A stretch of 64,000 bases of DNA from Coraliomargarita sp. (GCA_965216325.1 OZ244160.1:76813-140812); one strand, 5' to 3'. Shown: positions 11,886 to 21,883, numbered from the stretch's first letter. Notes: generated from the letters alone by a model not told the origin. Translations and numbers: made by a program.

Positions 11886-12488
11886 ATGCAGAATAAACGT
11901 TTGAATAAGGGCTTTACGCTCATCGAATTACTCATGGTGATCGCCGTGATTGGCATTTTGGCTGGGATTCTCGTTCCCTCTATCGGCCTCGTGCAAGAGC
12001 GTGCCAAGATTGCTAAGTCGAAGATGCAGTTGTCCAACTATGTGAATGCAATACAGCTCTTTAAGTCTGAGTATAAGTATTATCCCTTCGTCACGACTGG
12101 CCAAGAGGAATACCGACTTGAAACCCCTGCCAACGCAGCCGATTTTATTGAAACGCTCTCTGGACGTGATCCACTGACAGGTGACCGTGTGGCTACTGGT
12201 GGCAATCGTCGCAAGCAATCCTTCCATACCTTTGGCGAAAGTGAGTTCTTCACCAACCCGGACAGCGACTTGGTCGAGCGTAATCGCATAGCCGATGCCT
12301 TCAACAATATCAACATCGTGGTCGTCATCGATGAGGATGGGGATGGCTTCGTGGAGCCAAACCCGTCTGGTGCATTTGAGGGCGGAGACGTTCCGGTTGG
12401 TGGTATCAAGACACCGATCACGATGTATGTAGATGTTGATCCAAATCCGCTGGGGGATGGCAATCCAACCTACGGCTTGTGGGATTAA
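11886..12488 (+). CDS. Prepilin-type (GspG-like) protein
   Basis: MQNKRLNKGFTLIELLMVIAVIGIL. Confidence 0.9.
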   Translation: MQNKRLNKGFTLIELLMVIAVIGILAGILVPSIGLVQERAKIAKSKMQLSNYVNAIQLFKSEYKYYPFVTTGQEEYRLETPANAADFIETLSGRDPLTGDRVATGGNRRKQSFHTFGESEFFTNPDSDLVERNRIADAFNNINIVVVIDEDGDGFVEPNPSGAFEGGDVPVGGIKTPITMYVDVDPNPLGDGNPTYGLWD

Positions 12489-12508
12489 TTACCTTGAATT
12501 CAAATACG

Positions 12509-13171
12509 ATGAGAAAAACAGCCACTCAGTCTGGTTTTACCATAATCGAGTTATTGGTCGTCATTGCGCTGATACTCGTCGCGTCGTCTTTAATCTTCAT
12601 CGGTGGCGGAGGAGGGGATGGTGCGGCCTTGACCGCATCGCAACGTATCGTCTCCGGAGTCGCTAAAGGAGCCCGCTCTCAAGCGATTCTGAAGAACGCC
12701 AAGGCACGCTTGATCATTCACAACGATCCGAGTGAACCGGAGAAGTATCTCCGTTTGTTTGGTATCATTTACGAGAGCACAGACCCAGCCACGGCTGGTC
12801 AGTGGATTGCGGGCACTCAAGGCACCTTGTTGCCGGAAGGCATCTATTTTGATCCTGAGCGCAGCCAAAATGCGTTGAGCAGTAGTTGGAGTGATGCGCG
12901 CAGAACTCAGATCGAGTTTCCTCGTGCAGTTCCGAAGCCTCTGAACTCCGGCACCGAATTTTACCACTACGAGTTCAATAGCAACGGCACCATGGCCTCA
13001 AACTTCTCGAACTCGGTCTTGGCCATCCGTGCGGGCACATTGAAGCCGGAGGGAGACTCCTACACGATTGATTTTACTGAAGAGGCTAAAGAGTCTTTGA
13101 TTTCTGCGCTCATTTTTCGACGCATCGGCACCTCGACTTTGGTCACAGATCCTGCTGCAATTGTAGATTAA
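12509..13171 (+). CDS. Prepilin-type minor pilin (GspH/FimT-like, Verru_Chthon D-like)
   Basis: GFTIIELLVV; ARSQAI pattern. Confidence 0.85.
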   Translation: MRKTATQSGFTIIELLVVIALILVASSLIFIGGGGGDGAALTASQRIVSGVAKGARSQAILKNAKARLIIHNDPSEPEKYLRLFGIIYESTDPATAGQWIAGTQGTLLPEGIYFDPERSQNALSSSWSDARRTQIEFPRAVPKPLNSGTEFYHYEFNSNGTMASNFSNSVLAIRAGTLKPEGDSYTIDFTEEAKESLISALIFRRIGTSTLVTDPAAIVD

Positions 13172-13194
13172 TTTAACTCACATAAATAAAGCGT

Positions 13195-13857
13195 ATGTAT
13201 CATCGAATCTCTTTTTCCACGATGCGGAAACACGCCTTCACCTTGGTTGAAGTCGTCTTAGCGCTGGGTATTTTTCTGGTTACCGTCTTGGCTCTGGTTG
13301 GCTTGCTCGGGCCGACGCTGAAGTCGGTCTCCGATGTTGAGGACTCCGATGAGGTGATCAGTGTCGTCAATACCTTGAACGCATTCCTGCAAAACTCGCC
13401 TGAGATTGCCACTCCAACTACTAGCAAATTTGAGGAAATATACAATTCGGTTTACTTAGACTCTGAAGCTGCTGCCACTGTGTTTGTATTTAAGTCGTAT
13501 GTTAGTGATCCTCCCCCTTCTGGCGATCTTCCTCCTATTGGTATCACTATTGGGTTTGAGGATACGCTACAGGCCTCAGATTTCAACTTAGCTGCAGGTC
13601 AAATTTATCGAGTTGTGCTATCAGCGTCATCGGTGACTCCAGTGACTTTGCGCTCACCAGAACGGAATGGAAGCGGCGTGTATACATTGAACCAAGCTTA
13701 CAATGCATACCCTGAAGGTTACTTTGCAATGGAAGCACGGATTTTTTCTCGTGAGCAAGACATGCAGGCAGTCAACGAAAGCATGCCTACGGTAGAACTG
13801 CAAGATTTGGCTAAGGAGGAACCGATTTTCACCTACAACACTGCGATCGTTCGCTAA
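13195..13857 (+). CDS. Prepilin-type minor pilin (GspI/PilV-like, Verru_Chthon B-like)
   Basis: AFTLVEVVLALGI...LVGLL. Confidence 0.85.
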   Translation: MYHRISFSTMRKHAFTLVEVVLALGIFLVTVLALVGLLGPTLKSVSDVEDSDEVISVVNTLNAFLQNSPEIATPTTSKFEEIYNSVYLDSEAAATVFVFKSYVSDPPPSGDLPPIGITIGFEDTLQASDFNLAAGQIYRVVLSASSVTPVTLRSPERNGSGVYTLNQAYNAYPEGYFAMEARIFSREQDMQAVNESMPTVELQDLAKEEPIFTYNTAIVR

Positions 13858-13881
13858 CAATGACACTTGAGAATATCGCCA

Positions 13882-14862
13882 ATGATTCAGACAAAGAAAA
13901 CATCTGCATTCACGCTTATTGAGGTGATGGTCGCCACCGTCATCATGGTGATCCTTGTGGGGATGGTCATCACGATTACGGGTCGCGTCTTGGACGTCTG
14001 GACTAAATCGTCTGGTAAACTATCGGCGAATGCCGAGGCACGCATCGCGTTGGAGTTGCTGACTCAGGATCTGGAGACGGCGGTTTTCAGAAACAATGGC
14101 CAACAGTGGTTGCGCGTGGATGGTCCGGAAGATACAGCTAATAAGTCGAACTATGAGTCGCAGACAGTTGCGCTGAAATTATTTACCCCGTCGTTAAATC
14201 GGAGTAAGCGGGATTCTAATGATGATCCTATTCCGGGAGATGTTTGTGCGGTAGCCTATCGCTTGGAGTATAAGGAGGCTTATACAGGGGCTACTGATAA
14301 AGTATATGCCTTGTATCGTTCAATTGCACGAGCCGACGACACCTTCAATTATGCCCTAGGTTCTAACTCTCAAGGAACGGATAGCCCGCAACTAGATTTA
14401 GTTAAAGGAGGTGGCGCTGGAAGTGCTGTAAGCATGCCTGCTCGCCCTGCGGAAGGCCAGTTGGCCGGTGACTTTTGGGATGAAAATAATATTCTCCAGT
14501 CTGGGAATTATCTCGCCTCCAATATTGTTGATTTTCAGGTTTTTATCTACGAGCAGGATCCTGACGATGCGACTCAGGCTAAACTGATGAATGCGGACTC
14601 AGGCTATAAACTGATTGATGGTCAGGACTACATATATGGAGGGTCGGCAGAGGACACATCTAATCCCGGTTCGACTACGCCATATAATACCGGACGCTTA
14701 CTCTATGCAGACATCGTGCTCAAGGTCGTTTCCGATGAAGGCTTGGAGATCTTATCGCTGCCTACATTGGCGGGCACAGACTTCGCAGATGCGGATGCGG
14801 TGATATTGGAGCATGGCCAAACCTTCACTCGTCGCGTATATTTCCCTGCGAGTCCTCTGTAG
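13882..14862 (+). CDS. Prepilin-type minor pilin (GspJ/PilW-like, Verru_Chthon C-like)
   Basis: AFTLIEVMVAT, EARIALELLTQDLETA, GDVCAVAY. Confidence 0.85.
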   Translation: MIQTKKTSAFTLIEVMVATVIMVILVGMVITITGRVLDVWTKSSGKLSANAEARIALELLTQDLETAVFRNNGQQWLRVDGPEDTANKSNYESQTVALKLFTPSLNRSKRDSNDDPIPGDVCAVAYRLEYKEAYTGATDKVYALYRSIARADDTFNYALGSNSQGTDSPQLDLVKGGGAGSAVSMPARPAEGQLAGDFWDENNILQSGNYLASNIVDFQVFIYEQDPDDATQAKLMNADSGYKLIDGQDYIYGGSAEDTSNPGSTTPYNTGRLLYADIVLKVVSDEGLEILSLPTLAGTDFADADAVILEHGQTFTRRVYFPASPL

Positions 14863-14885
14863 GCGTTTGTCTCGATTTTCTTTCG

Positions 14886-14914
14886 AAGCCCAGAGTTCAT
14901 CTCCGGGCTTTTTT
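14886..14914 (+). terminator. Rho-independent terminator ending the pilin cassette
   Basis: aagcccagag-ttcat-ctccgggctt-tttt. Confidence 0.75.
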
Positions 14915-15203
14915 GTGGGTCCATCTTCGATTACGGGCCCATTGTCCCGTTCGTTTTTGATTCGGAACTCAGTGAGTTCACTGTCGGAAGAGCTGCTCTT
15001 ATATGTAATTGAAGAAGGTTTGTCCTTTTCGATCGGCAAGCTTGGTAGCGCAGGAGCCTCTCTTCGAGTCCGAGCGGGGCTCGCCTCAGGGGCGAGGACC
15101 GGCTCCGCACGAACGTGTGGAACTGTCGTTTACCACGCGGAGGTGCGCACCGAGACGGTGCGAATGGCACTAGCTTAAGAGCATTTAAGCGAGGTATAGC
15201 TTG

Positions 15204-15381
15204 GTAGGGCAGTCTCGCCGAGACTGCCGCCTGTCCGGCGTAGCCTTAGCGAAGACGGGTTCGCTAAGATGACGCGCTCCTCAATATGTTTAGGATGGCG
15301 CATTGGTCCAGCTTAGCAATCCACATTGCTAGGGAATTCCGAATCGTTTGCCGAACGGTCGCCTCGGCGAAGCGACCCTAC
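15204..15381. repeat. REPIN-like pair of inverted GTAG REPs with a nested hairpin repeat
   Basis: GTAG-GGCAGTCTC-gcc-GAGACTGCC (15204-15228); minus-strand GTAG-GGTCGCTTC-gcc-GAGGCGACC (15357-15381); nested ccggcgtagccttagcgaagacgg. Confidence 0.75.
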
Positions 15382-15557
15382 CTTAAAGAAGCCGCAAGCA
15401 ACTCAAGCTCACCTTAAGGTTTAAGGTAGTGACATTCGAGACGGTGCTACGCTCCCCAGTCAAACCTTCTTTAAAATGGTATTCGCTCGTTACAGGTCAG
15501 TTCTACGGGGAGTTGAAGTAATGCCTGCTGAAGCCTGCAATCGGCTAATGGATATCT

Positions 15558-15634
15558 GTAGGGGCGCGACTTGACGCGCCCGCACGTTTGAGCTGCTTAG
15601 CCGCATGGCGGGCGCGTCAAGTCGCGCCCCCTAA
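15558..15634. repeat. REPIN-like perfect 23-bp inverted repeat of a GTAG REP
   Basis: ggggcgcgacttgacgcgcccgc (15561-15583) and its exact reverse complement (15608-15630); the left copy starts GTAG. Confidence 0.8.
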
Positions 15635-15637
15635 GAT

Positions 15638-17767
15638 TTACTGTCCCTGTGCTTTGCGCATTGCACGCTCGGCGTCGTCCATGCGTTGTAGCTTCTGATA
15701 GGCCAACGATAGATTATACCATGCGCGGTAGAAGTCGGGTGCCAGCGCCACGGTTTCTTCCAGATAGCCGACCGCCGTATCTAAGTCGTTCTCTTCAGCC
15801 GCGAGCAGACCGAGCGAGTAGGGGAACATTGGGTTGGTGCCGTCGAGTGCCCAGCCGGACTTCAAATAGCGCTCCGCATCGCTATTTAGACCAGCGGTGC
15901 TCAGCAGGATTGCGCACTGGCGATAGATCTCGCTGTTTTTACTATCGTAGAGCACCGCACGAGCGACATACTTATGCAGGTCGGCGGGGCGGCCTTCCTT
16001 ACTGGCACGCATGGCGAGAATCATCAGGCTTTGCGGGCGATCGATGTTAAATTGCAGGTAATCTTCCCACTCTTTGGATGCTAGCGGTGCGTCGATTTCG
16101 TGCCCGAGACTTTCCATGCCCAGTGCAGCTGCAATACGCACGGACCCTAATTGGTCGCTGAGTCGATCCTTGAGTATCGGGCTGGCTTCGTTCACGCCAG
16201 CGAGTGCGTTGACAGCGTTGGCACGAACGATCGATGTTTCATGCTCGGTCATTTGGGTGATCCATGCCAGTGCTTCCTCATTGGGCAGGTAGTTGGCCAT
16301 GAGTGCGGTGTAGGTCGCGATCCATGCGGGAATGTCTTCTTTCTTTGCAAGGTCGAGTAGTTGTTCAAGACCTTCGGGCTCATACGCGTGAGCCGCAGCC
16401 AGTGCACGTGCACGTGCTCGTTGAGGACTTGAGGCTAGTTTGTCGCCATACCATTTTTCAGACCATTCAACGGCCCATTCGAGGCTCTCTTCGGTATGGC
16501 ACTTACTGCAAGCATTCGGAATGCCAAGCTCTTGGGTCATCAATGGATCGGGATGGTGGAAGCCATGATCCGCACGCGGATCGATTTCCATATACTTGGT
16601 CTTGGGCATATGGCATTCGACGCAACGGTTGCCAGTGCTGCCTTCCGCGTGAAAACTATGCTCAGTAGGGATGATGATCGGTGCTTCGTCGGCTCCTGAC
16701 TCATGGCATTTCATGCAGAGCATATTGTTTTCGACCGGAAGCACATTCTCCAGAGTGTGTGGATTGTGGCAATCCATGCATTGCACGCCCTTATGGTGCA
16801 TGCGACTCATGTGGAAGGATCCATAGACGAAGACCTCGTCGAGAATCTGTCCGTCGTGATAGTAGAGTCCAGGCTGGCTGGGGAGTGCGAGGTTGAAATG
16901 ATCGAAATACTCGTCGCCCACTTCAAATGCATCCGGTGTTAATTGGTCGCGGCGAGAGTGGCAGGTCGCACAGTTTTGCATGGCTGCCTGCTCGGAGAGC
17001 CGTTCCACGATGCCATCTTCAGGACGGCCCGCTTTGGCTGCTTTAACGTGTTGCTCCAAGTTGCCATGACACTCTGCACAGGCGATGCCCTGCTGTACCC
17101 ATGTGGAGTGATAGCTGTTCGACTCGAAGTCATAGCCCTTGGAATACTCAGTCGTATGGCAATAGGCACAATTTGAATTCCAATTCATGCCTTGTCCGGC
17201 CCAGTGGCCCCATTCGCCGGGCATACGATTCTGGCCTTGGTAGACGTCGAACCATTCGTCGTTGATCACATCATAGGATGCACTGATGGTCTGGAATTTC
17301 TTTCCGGGCGTCATTGCCAGATACTGGCGCAGCGGTGTGTAGGCGATGACGCCGACCAGGTCGTAGGTTTGCGTGACTTGCTCCGTTTCCTTATCGAGCA
17401 CGCGGAGCAGGAATTTTTCGCCCTCGAGTGCCATCTCGTAGATGACCCCGGATTCCTCAATTCGACGTGTTGGCGTGAAGGCTGCACGGTCTTGCTCTAG
17501 GGAAACCGGGCGGTTGGCCTTGGCGTGGTGGCTCTTTTTCCAGTCTTCGACCGCGTCTTCGTGGCATTCGACGCAGGCATCCGGGCCGATTTTGAGCTGG
17601 CGTTGAAGGTTGTGCGAAACCGGGAAGGGGACGTCCGCGACACCCGGGCTGCGCTGGCTAGCTTCATAGCCGGCATCGTTCTCTTTGCCACAGCCTGTGA
17701 GGAGTGTGAGAAGGCTCAGACAGAGTGCCAAATAGGTGTGTGTGCTGCGAGGGGCAGAATCAATCAT
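15638..17767 (-). CDS. Multiheme c-type cytochrome lipoprotein with HEAT/TPR C-terminus
   Basis: Lipobox LLTGC; eight CxxCH motifs; TPR-like AWYNLSLAY repeats. Confidence 0.9.
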   Translation of the reverse strand: MIDSAPRSTHTYLALCLSLLTLLTGCGKENDAGYEASQRSPGVADVPFPVSHNLQRQLKIGPDACVECHEDAVEDWKKSHHAKANRPVSLEQDRAAFTPTRRIEESGVIYEMALEGEKFLLRVLDKETEQVTQTYDLVGVIAYTPLRQYLAMTPGKKFQTISASYDVINDEWFDVYQGQNRMPGEWGHWAGQGMNWNSNCAYCHTTEYSKGYDFESNSYHSTWVQQGIACAECHGNLEQHVKAAKAGRPEDGIVERLSEQAAMQNCATCHSRRDQLTPDAFEVGDEYFDHFNLALPSQPGLYYHDGQILDEVFVYGSFHMSRMHHKGVQCMDCHNPHTLENVLPVENNMLCMKCHESGADEAPIIIPTEHSFHAEGSTGNRCVECHMPKTKYMEIDPRADHGFHHPDPLMTQELGIPNACSKCHTEESLEWAVEWSEKWYGDKLASSPQRARARALAAAHAYEPEGLEQLLDLAKKEDIPAWIATYTALMANYLPNEEALAWITQMTEHETSIVRANAVNALAGVNEASPILKDRLSDQLGSVRIAAALGMESLGHEIDAPLASKEWEDYLQFNIDRPQSLMILAMRASKEGRPADLHKYVARAVLYDSKNSEIYRQCAILLSTAGLNSDAERYLKSGWALDGTNPMFPYSLGLLAAEENDLDTAVGYLEETVALAPDFYRAWYNLSLAYQKLQRMDDAERAMRKAQGQ

Positions 17768-17872
17768 GCGGGTATCTTTGCAGATGCTAAATTTGCGTCA
17801 AGGTTCATGGATGGGTAGAAAAGGCTTAGCAAAGGCTTGATCGCGGGCTGCAGGTTGCAATGCTAACGCCCA

Positions 17873-19348
17873 ATGTTCAAAAAGCTGTTTTGGGTGCTGT
17901 TCGGCATGTTGGCCGGTGTCGCACTGCTACCATACCTCTTGATACCCCAGCCACCCATGCCACAGGGCACCAACCTGAGCAGTGGGAGCTATGGCTATCA
18001 GCAGGCGAAATTACTGATTGATCGGACCTATCAGGCGGATGTAGCCGAAGCGATTCAGACACGGCATGAGGTTTTTGATGCCATTCTGAGTGAAATTCAG
18101 CGCGCGGATGAATTCATTATAGTCGACTTCTTTTTGTGGAATCCGTGGCTCGGCGGTCTTGAGCAAGATGAGCGTATGCGCAACTTATCGGGCGAATTAG
18201 CTCAGGCACTGATTGCCAAACGTATCCAGAATCCGGATATACCGATCTTGGTGCTGACCGATCCGATTAATCGAATCTATGGCGACCACCTTGCGGAACC
18301 ATTAAAAGCCCTTGAGGCGGCTGGGCTGCCACTACTGTTTACGGATCTGACCCAGTTGCCGGATTCGAATCGTTTGTATGCCGCGCAGGTGAATTTCTGG
18401 GGCAAGTATTTCAAATTTGGTGAGTCGATGGCGTTGCCCAACCCGTTTGATGGCGAGGGAGACTCGCTTAGTCTCAGTGAATTTGGCCGTTTATTGTATT
18501 TTAAGGCCAACCACCGGAAAGTGCTGATCACCAAGCGGGCGGGGCAGGAGCCGCGTTTGCTGATTGGCAGTCTGAATCCGGCCGATGGGAGTGCGAACCA
18601 TTCAAACATCGCTTTATTGGTGGATGGTCCAATTGCGACCTATGCGGCACAATCGGAGCTCGCAATTGCCGAGTGGTCGAGTGCAGGCGATGCAGCTGCG
18701 AAGCGCGTAATTAAAGGGGTTCGTGCACGTTTACCAATTTTGAAGGAAGCTAGTGTGCATGTGGGCAATCAACCCACTGCCGCTTGGCGTAGTGAGGGGG
18801 CCATCCGCGATGAAATTATCCGACAGTTGGCGCGCACGGGAAAAGACAGTCGTATTGATATTGCATTGTTTTATTTGTCCGAACGCACAGTTATCGAAGC
18901 GATTCGCGCAGCGAGTTCTCGCGGGGCGCGTGTTCGTCTTTTGTTGGATGCGAATCGTGATGCCTTTGGTCGACAGAAGACTGGTGTCCCGAATCGCCCA
19001 GTTGCGGCTGAACTAATTCAGTCTGGTTGCGAGGTGCGTTGGGCGGCGACCCATGGCGAGCAATTTCACTCAAAAGTGCTGCGTATTCGTGAAGCACGAG
19101 GCGATGTGCTCTTCCTGGGCTCCGCCAATTGGACGCGCCGTAATATCGGCAATTACAATCTAGAAGCCAATGTGTTGTTGGAAAATGCCGGGTCGGCAGG
19201 CCTAGAGTTTGATGCCTATTTCGAATCTGTGTGGTCGAATTCCGCGGGTGTAACAGAGAGTCTTTCTTACGAACAATGGGCAGATGAGGGCGCGCTCAAA
19301 AAGTGGCGCTATCGTTTTCAGGAGTGGTCGGGACTGTCTACCTTCTAG
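17873..19348 (+). CDS. Phospholipase D superfamily protein
   Basis: N-terminal TM; two HxK motifs (NHRKVLI...GSLN; FHSKVL...GSANWT). Confidence 0.85.
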   Translation: MFKKLFWVLFGMLAGVALLPYLLIPQPPMPQGTNLSSGSYGYQQAKLLIDRTYQADVAEAIQTRHEVFDAILSEIQRADEFIIVDFFLWNPWLGGLEQDERMRNLSGELAQALIAKRIQNPDIPILVLTDPINRIYGDHLAEPLKALEAAGLPLLFTDLTQLPDSNRLYAAQVNFWGKYFKFGESMALPNPFDGEGDSLSLSEFGRLLYFKANHRKVLITKRAGQEPRLLIGSLNPADGSANHSNIALLVDGPIATYAAQSELAIAEWSSAGDAAAKRVIKGVRARLPILKEASVHVGNQPTAAWRSEGAIRDEIIRQLARTGKDSRIDIALFYLSERTVIEAIRAASSRGARVRLLLDANRDAFGRQKTGVPNRPVAAELIQSGCEVRWAATHGEQFHSKVLRIREARGDVLFLGSANWTRRNIGNYNLEANVLLENAGSAGLEFDAYFESVWSNSAGVTESLSYEQWADEGALKKWRYRFQEWSGLSTF

Positions 19349-19353
19349 GGTTG

Positions 19354-19408
19354 AACAGGCATCTTGCCTGTTTTCGCTGATAGTGCGCAGGCGGGACGCC
19401 TACGCTAC
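19354..19408. repeat. REP pair between convergent genes
   Basis: aacaggcatcttgcctgtt and minus-strand GTAG-cgtaggcgtcccgcctgc; the GTAG overlaps the ispD stop codon. Confidence 0.65.
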
Positions 19409-20103
19409 TTGTTGAGCAGCCACTCCATGTAAGCGAGGTCTTGAGCTGTCGTCAGCTTAGGGTTCGGGTGCGTATTGACGACGATAGTGGTTTTCAGACC
19501 AACGGTTGCGGCAGCGGCAGTATCATCTGTGATTGATAAGCCGGCTTCCTTTACGTGCTGATAGGCTTTGAGTATGTCAGCGTACTGGAAGGCTTGAGGT
19601 GTTTCCATACCCCAAAGTCGCGAGCGATCGAGGTCTTCGAGCTCTATTTTTTGTAGTGTATCCGCATGCTGAATACGCTTGATCGTATCGACAACCGGAT
19701 GTGCTAGGACTGCTGCATTGTCTTGCAATACGGCTTTGTGGAGATCGCAAATGTTCGAAGGCTGGATTAGTGGTCGGGCACAGTCGTGAATGAAGACATT
19801 GGTGCATACACTGGGCAGGCTGGTCAGTGCGTTGAAAACGGAATCTTGTCGCTCAGATCCTCCCCAGGTGTAGTCAACGCTTACTGAGCTAAGCTCGAGT
19901 GATCGGACGATTTGCTCGATGGCTTGTTGCTGTTCGTTGTCGCGGACGACGATACAGATGTGGCTGATGCAGCCACTTTCAACGAAGGCTTCGATTGAAT
20001 AGAGCAGCGCCGGTTTGTCCGCCAAGTGCACGAGCACCTTATCGTTGACCGTGCCTTGCATGCGCCGGCCGCTGCCGGCAGCCAATAATATGGCGGCATT
20101 CAT
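19405..20103 (-). CDS. ispD: 2-C-methyl-D-erythritol 4-phosphate cytidylyltransferase
   Basis: LAAGSGRRM, GGSERQDSV, IHDCARP, ETPQAF, TDD. Confidence 0.95.
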   Translation of the reverse strand: MNAAILLAAGSGRRMQGTVNDKVLVHLADKPALLYSIEAFVESGCISHICIVVRDNEQQQAIEQIVRSLELSSVSVDYTWGGSERQDSVFNALTSLPSVCTNVFIHDCARPLIQPSNICDLHKAVLQDNAAVLAHPVVDTIKRIQHADTLQKIELEDLDRSRLWGMETPQAFQYADILKAYQHVKEAGLSITDDTAAAATVGLKTTIVVNTHPNPKLTTAQDLAYMEWLLNK

Positions 20104-20108
20104 ATTGC

Positions 20109-20813
20109 TTAGATCGCCAGTTCACTCTGAATTGCGCGGGCTGCTGCTGCAGGATCCTCGGCGCGAAGGATGGGGCGTCCGACTACAATGAAGTCTGAGC
20201 CCGCTTTTGCTGCAGCTGCAGGCGTCATGATCCGCTTCTGCTCATCGGCAGCACTGCCCGCAGGACGAATGCCAGGAGTCACAATAATTGGATCTCGGCC
20301 AAACTTTGCACGCAGTGGTGCAAGTTCGAGTGAGGAGCACACTAAGCCTTGTGAACCGGCTCCGAGTGCATGCTCGGCGAGGTGAACTACTTGGCCTTCA
20401 GCGGTCGCCTTGACGTTGAGCGCGTTGAGTTGCTCAGTGCTCATGGATGTCAGCACAGTGACAGATAGAAGATTGAGGTCCGGTGCATACTCCGCACGCG
20501 CTTTGTTGGCCCATTCGATCATCTCGGCACCACCGGAGGCGTGGAGGGTGAGTAGTTGCACGGGGAGACTGGAAATGCTCTGAACAGCTTTGGCGACGGT
20601 GTTTGGGATGTCGTGTAGCTTTAGGTCGAGGAAGATCTTGTAGCCACGGTTCGCGACCTCGCGAACGAAGTCGGGGCCATATGCAGTAAACAACTGCAGG
20701 CCGATTTTGACCCATTCGAGTGAGTCGCCGAGGCGATCCAGCATCGCGAGTGCTTCTTCGCGTGTTTCAAGGTCGAGTGCTAAAATAAGTTGGCAGCGTT
20801 TCTCTGTCGTCAT
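20109..20813 (-). CDS. pyrF: Orotidine-5'-phosphate decarboxylase
   Basis: IFLDLKLHDIPNTV, VTPGIRP, VVGRPI. Confidence 0.97.
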   Translation of the reverse strand: MTTEKRCQLILALDLETREEALAMLDRLGDSLEWVKIGLQLFTAYGPDFVREVANRGYKIFLDLKLHDIPNTVAKAVQSISSLPVQLLTLHASGGAEMIEWANKARAEYAPDLNLLSVTVLTSMSTEQLNALNVKATAEGQVVHLAEHALGAGSQGLVCSSLELAPLRAKFGRDPIIVTPGIRPAGSAADEQKRIMTPAAAAKAGSDFIVVGRPILRAEDPAAAARAIQSELAI

Positions 20814-20912
20814 GAGCTCCACGCTGAGTTGCCAGAGCGGGGAGGGCAATCGACAAAAATAGGAAATTTGTCTGGTCGCTGCTTGGGCGATACACACACT
20901 ACGGGTAGTTTT

Positions 20913-21806
20913 ATGCCTGATTCAGCTTCTCAGCTCACATTACACTCGCCGGCCAAGACAAATCTCATGCTGTCAGTGCATCCCTGCCGTGCGGATGGCT
21001 TTCACGAGCTCACTTCGCTGATTGTTGCTCTGGATTTTGGTGATACGCTGCAGGTGGAGTGTGCCGAAGGGAAGGATATATTGATTTGCTCGGGTGCTGC
21101 TGTGCCCACCGGACCGGAGAATCTAGTCCTCCGAGCGGCAAATGGTTTTCGGAAGCGTCTAGGTCGTAATTTGTATTTTCGCTTTCATCTGGAAAAACGT
21201 ATACCGATGGGATCTGGTCTTGGTGGCGGCAGTGGAAATGCTGCAGTGGCCCTAAAAGGCATGAATTCACTCGCAGGTGATGCCCTGCCGCTAGTGGTTT
21301 TACACGAACTTGCGGCCGAGCTCGGCTCCGATTGCCCCTTCTTTATCGGGCAAGAACCTGCAATTATGCGAGGGAGAGGCGAACTCCTAGAGTCACTGCC
21401 TGTGTCAGTCGCGACTCGGCTTCGAGGCCAGCGATTGCTGTTGTTTCGACCTGAGTTCCCAGTCGGAACCGCATGGGCGTATGGGCAACTAATTGCCGGA
21501 GCACCGGATACATATGAGTCACCCGAGCTTGCGAACCGCCGCTTGGAGGACTTCATTCAGTCCGGTGGTGGGTTGGGTGATCTTTTGTTCAACTCTTTTG
21601 AGCGTCCGATCGGCCGTAAATATCTGGCAATTTCGACCTTGCTGAGTGGATTGAGGGCGTTGGGGGTGCCTTGCTTGATGAGTGGCAGTGGTAGTTGTTG
21701 CCTAGCTTTGTTACAAGATGATGGGCCTGCCCCAGAACAAATTCAGGCCCAAATTCGCTCTGCTTGGGGCGAATCGGTCTTTTTAGTTGAAACTTCCATT
21801 GCCTAA
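20913..21806 (+). CDS. ispE: 4-diphosphocytidyl-2-C-methyl-D-erythritol kinase
   Basis: SPAKTNL, IPMGSGLGGGSGNAA, LGSDCPFF, MSGSGS. Confidence 0.93.
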   Translation: MPDSASQLTLHSPAKTNLMLSVHPCRADGFHELTSLIVALDFGDTLQVECAEGKDILICSGAAVPTGPENLVLRAANGFRKRLGRNLYFRFHLEKRIPMGSGLGGGSGNAAVALKGMNSLAGDALPLVVLHELAAELGSDCPFFIGQEPAIMRGRGELLESLPVSVATRLRGQRLLLFRPEFPVGTAWAYGQLIAGAPDTYESPELANRRLEDFIQSGGGLGDLLFNSFERPIGRKYLAISTLLSGLRALGVPCLMSGSGSCCLALLQDDGPAPEQIQAQIRSAWGESVFLVETSIA

Positions 21807-21883
21807 GCTGAAACTAGCCAGACCTCCGGACCAGTTGAAGCTGCCGACCCTACATTCCTAATTAACCCTATACATCTGAAATC

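Noticed and set aside
14915..15178. Short ORFs downstream of the pilin cassette (79-121 aa, both strands)
   Set aside because: They overlap the terminator or the last pilin gene, have no clear start or motif, and are at most a gene remnant
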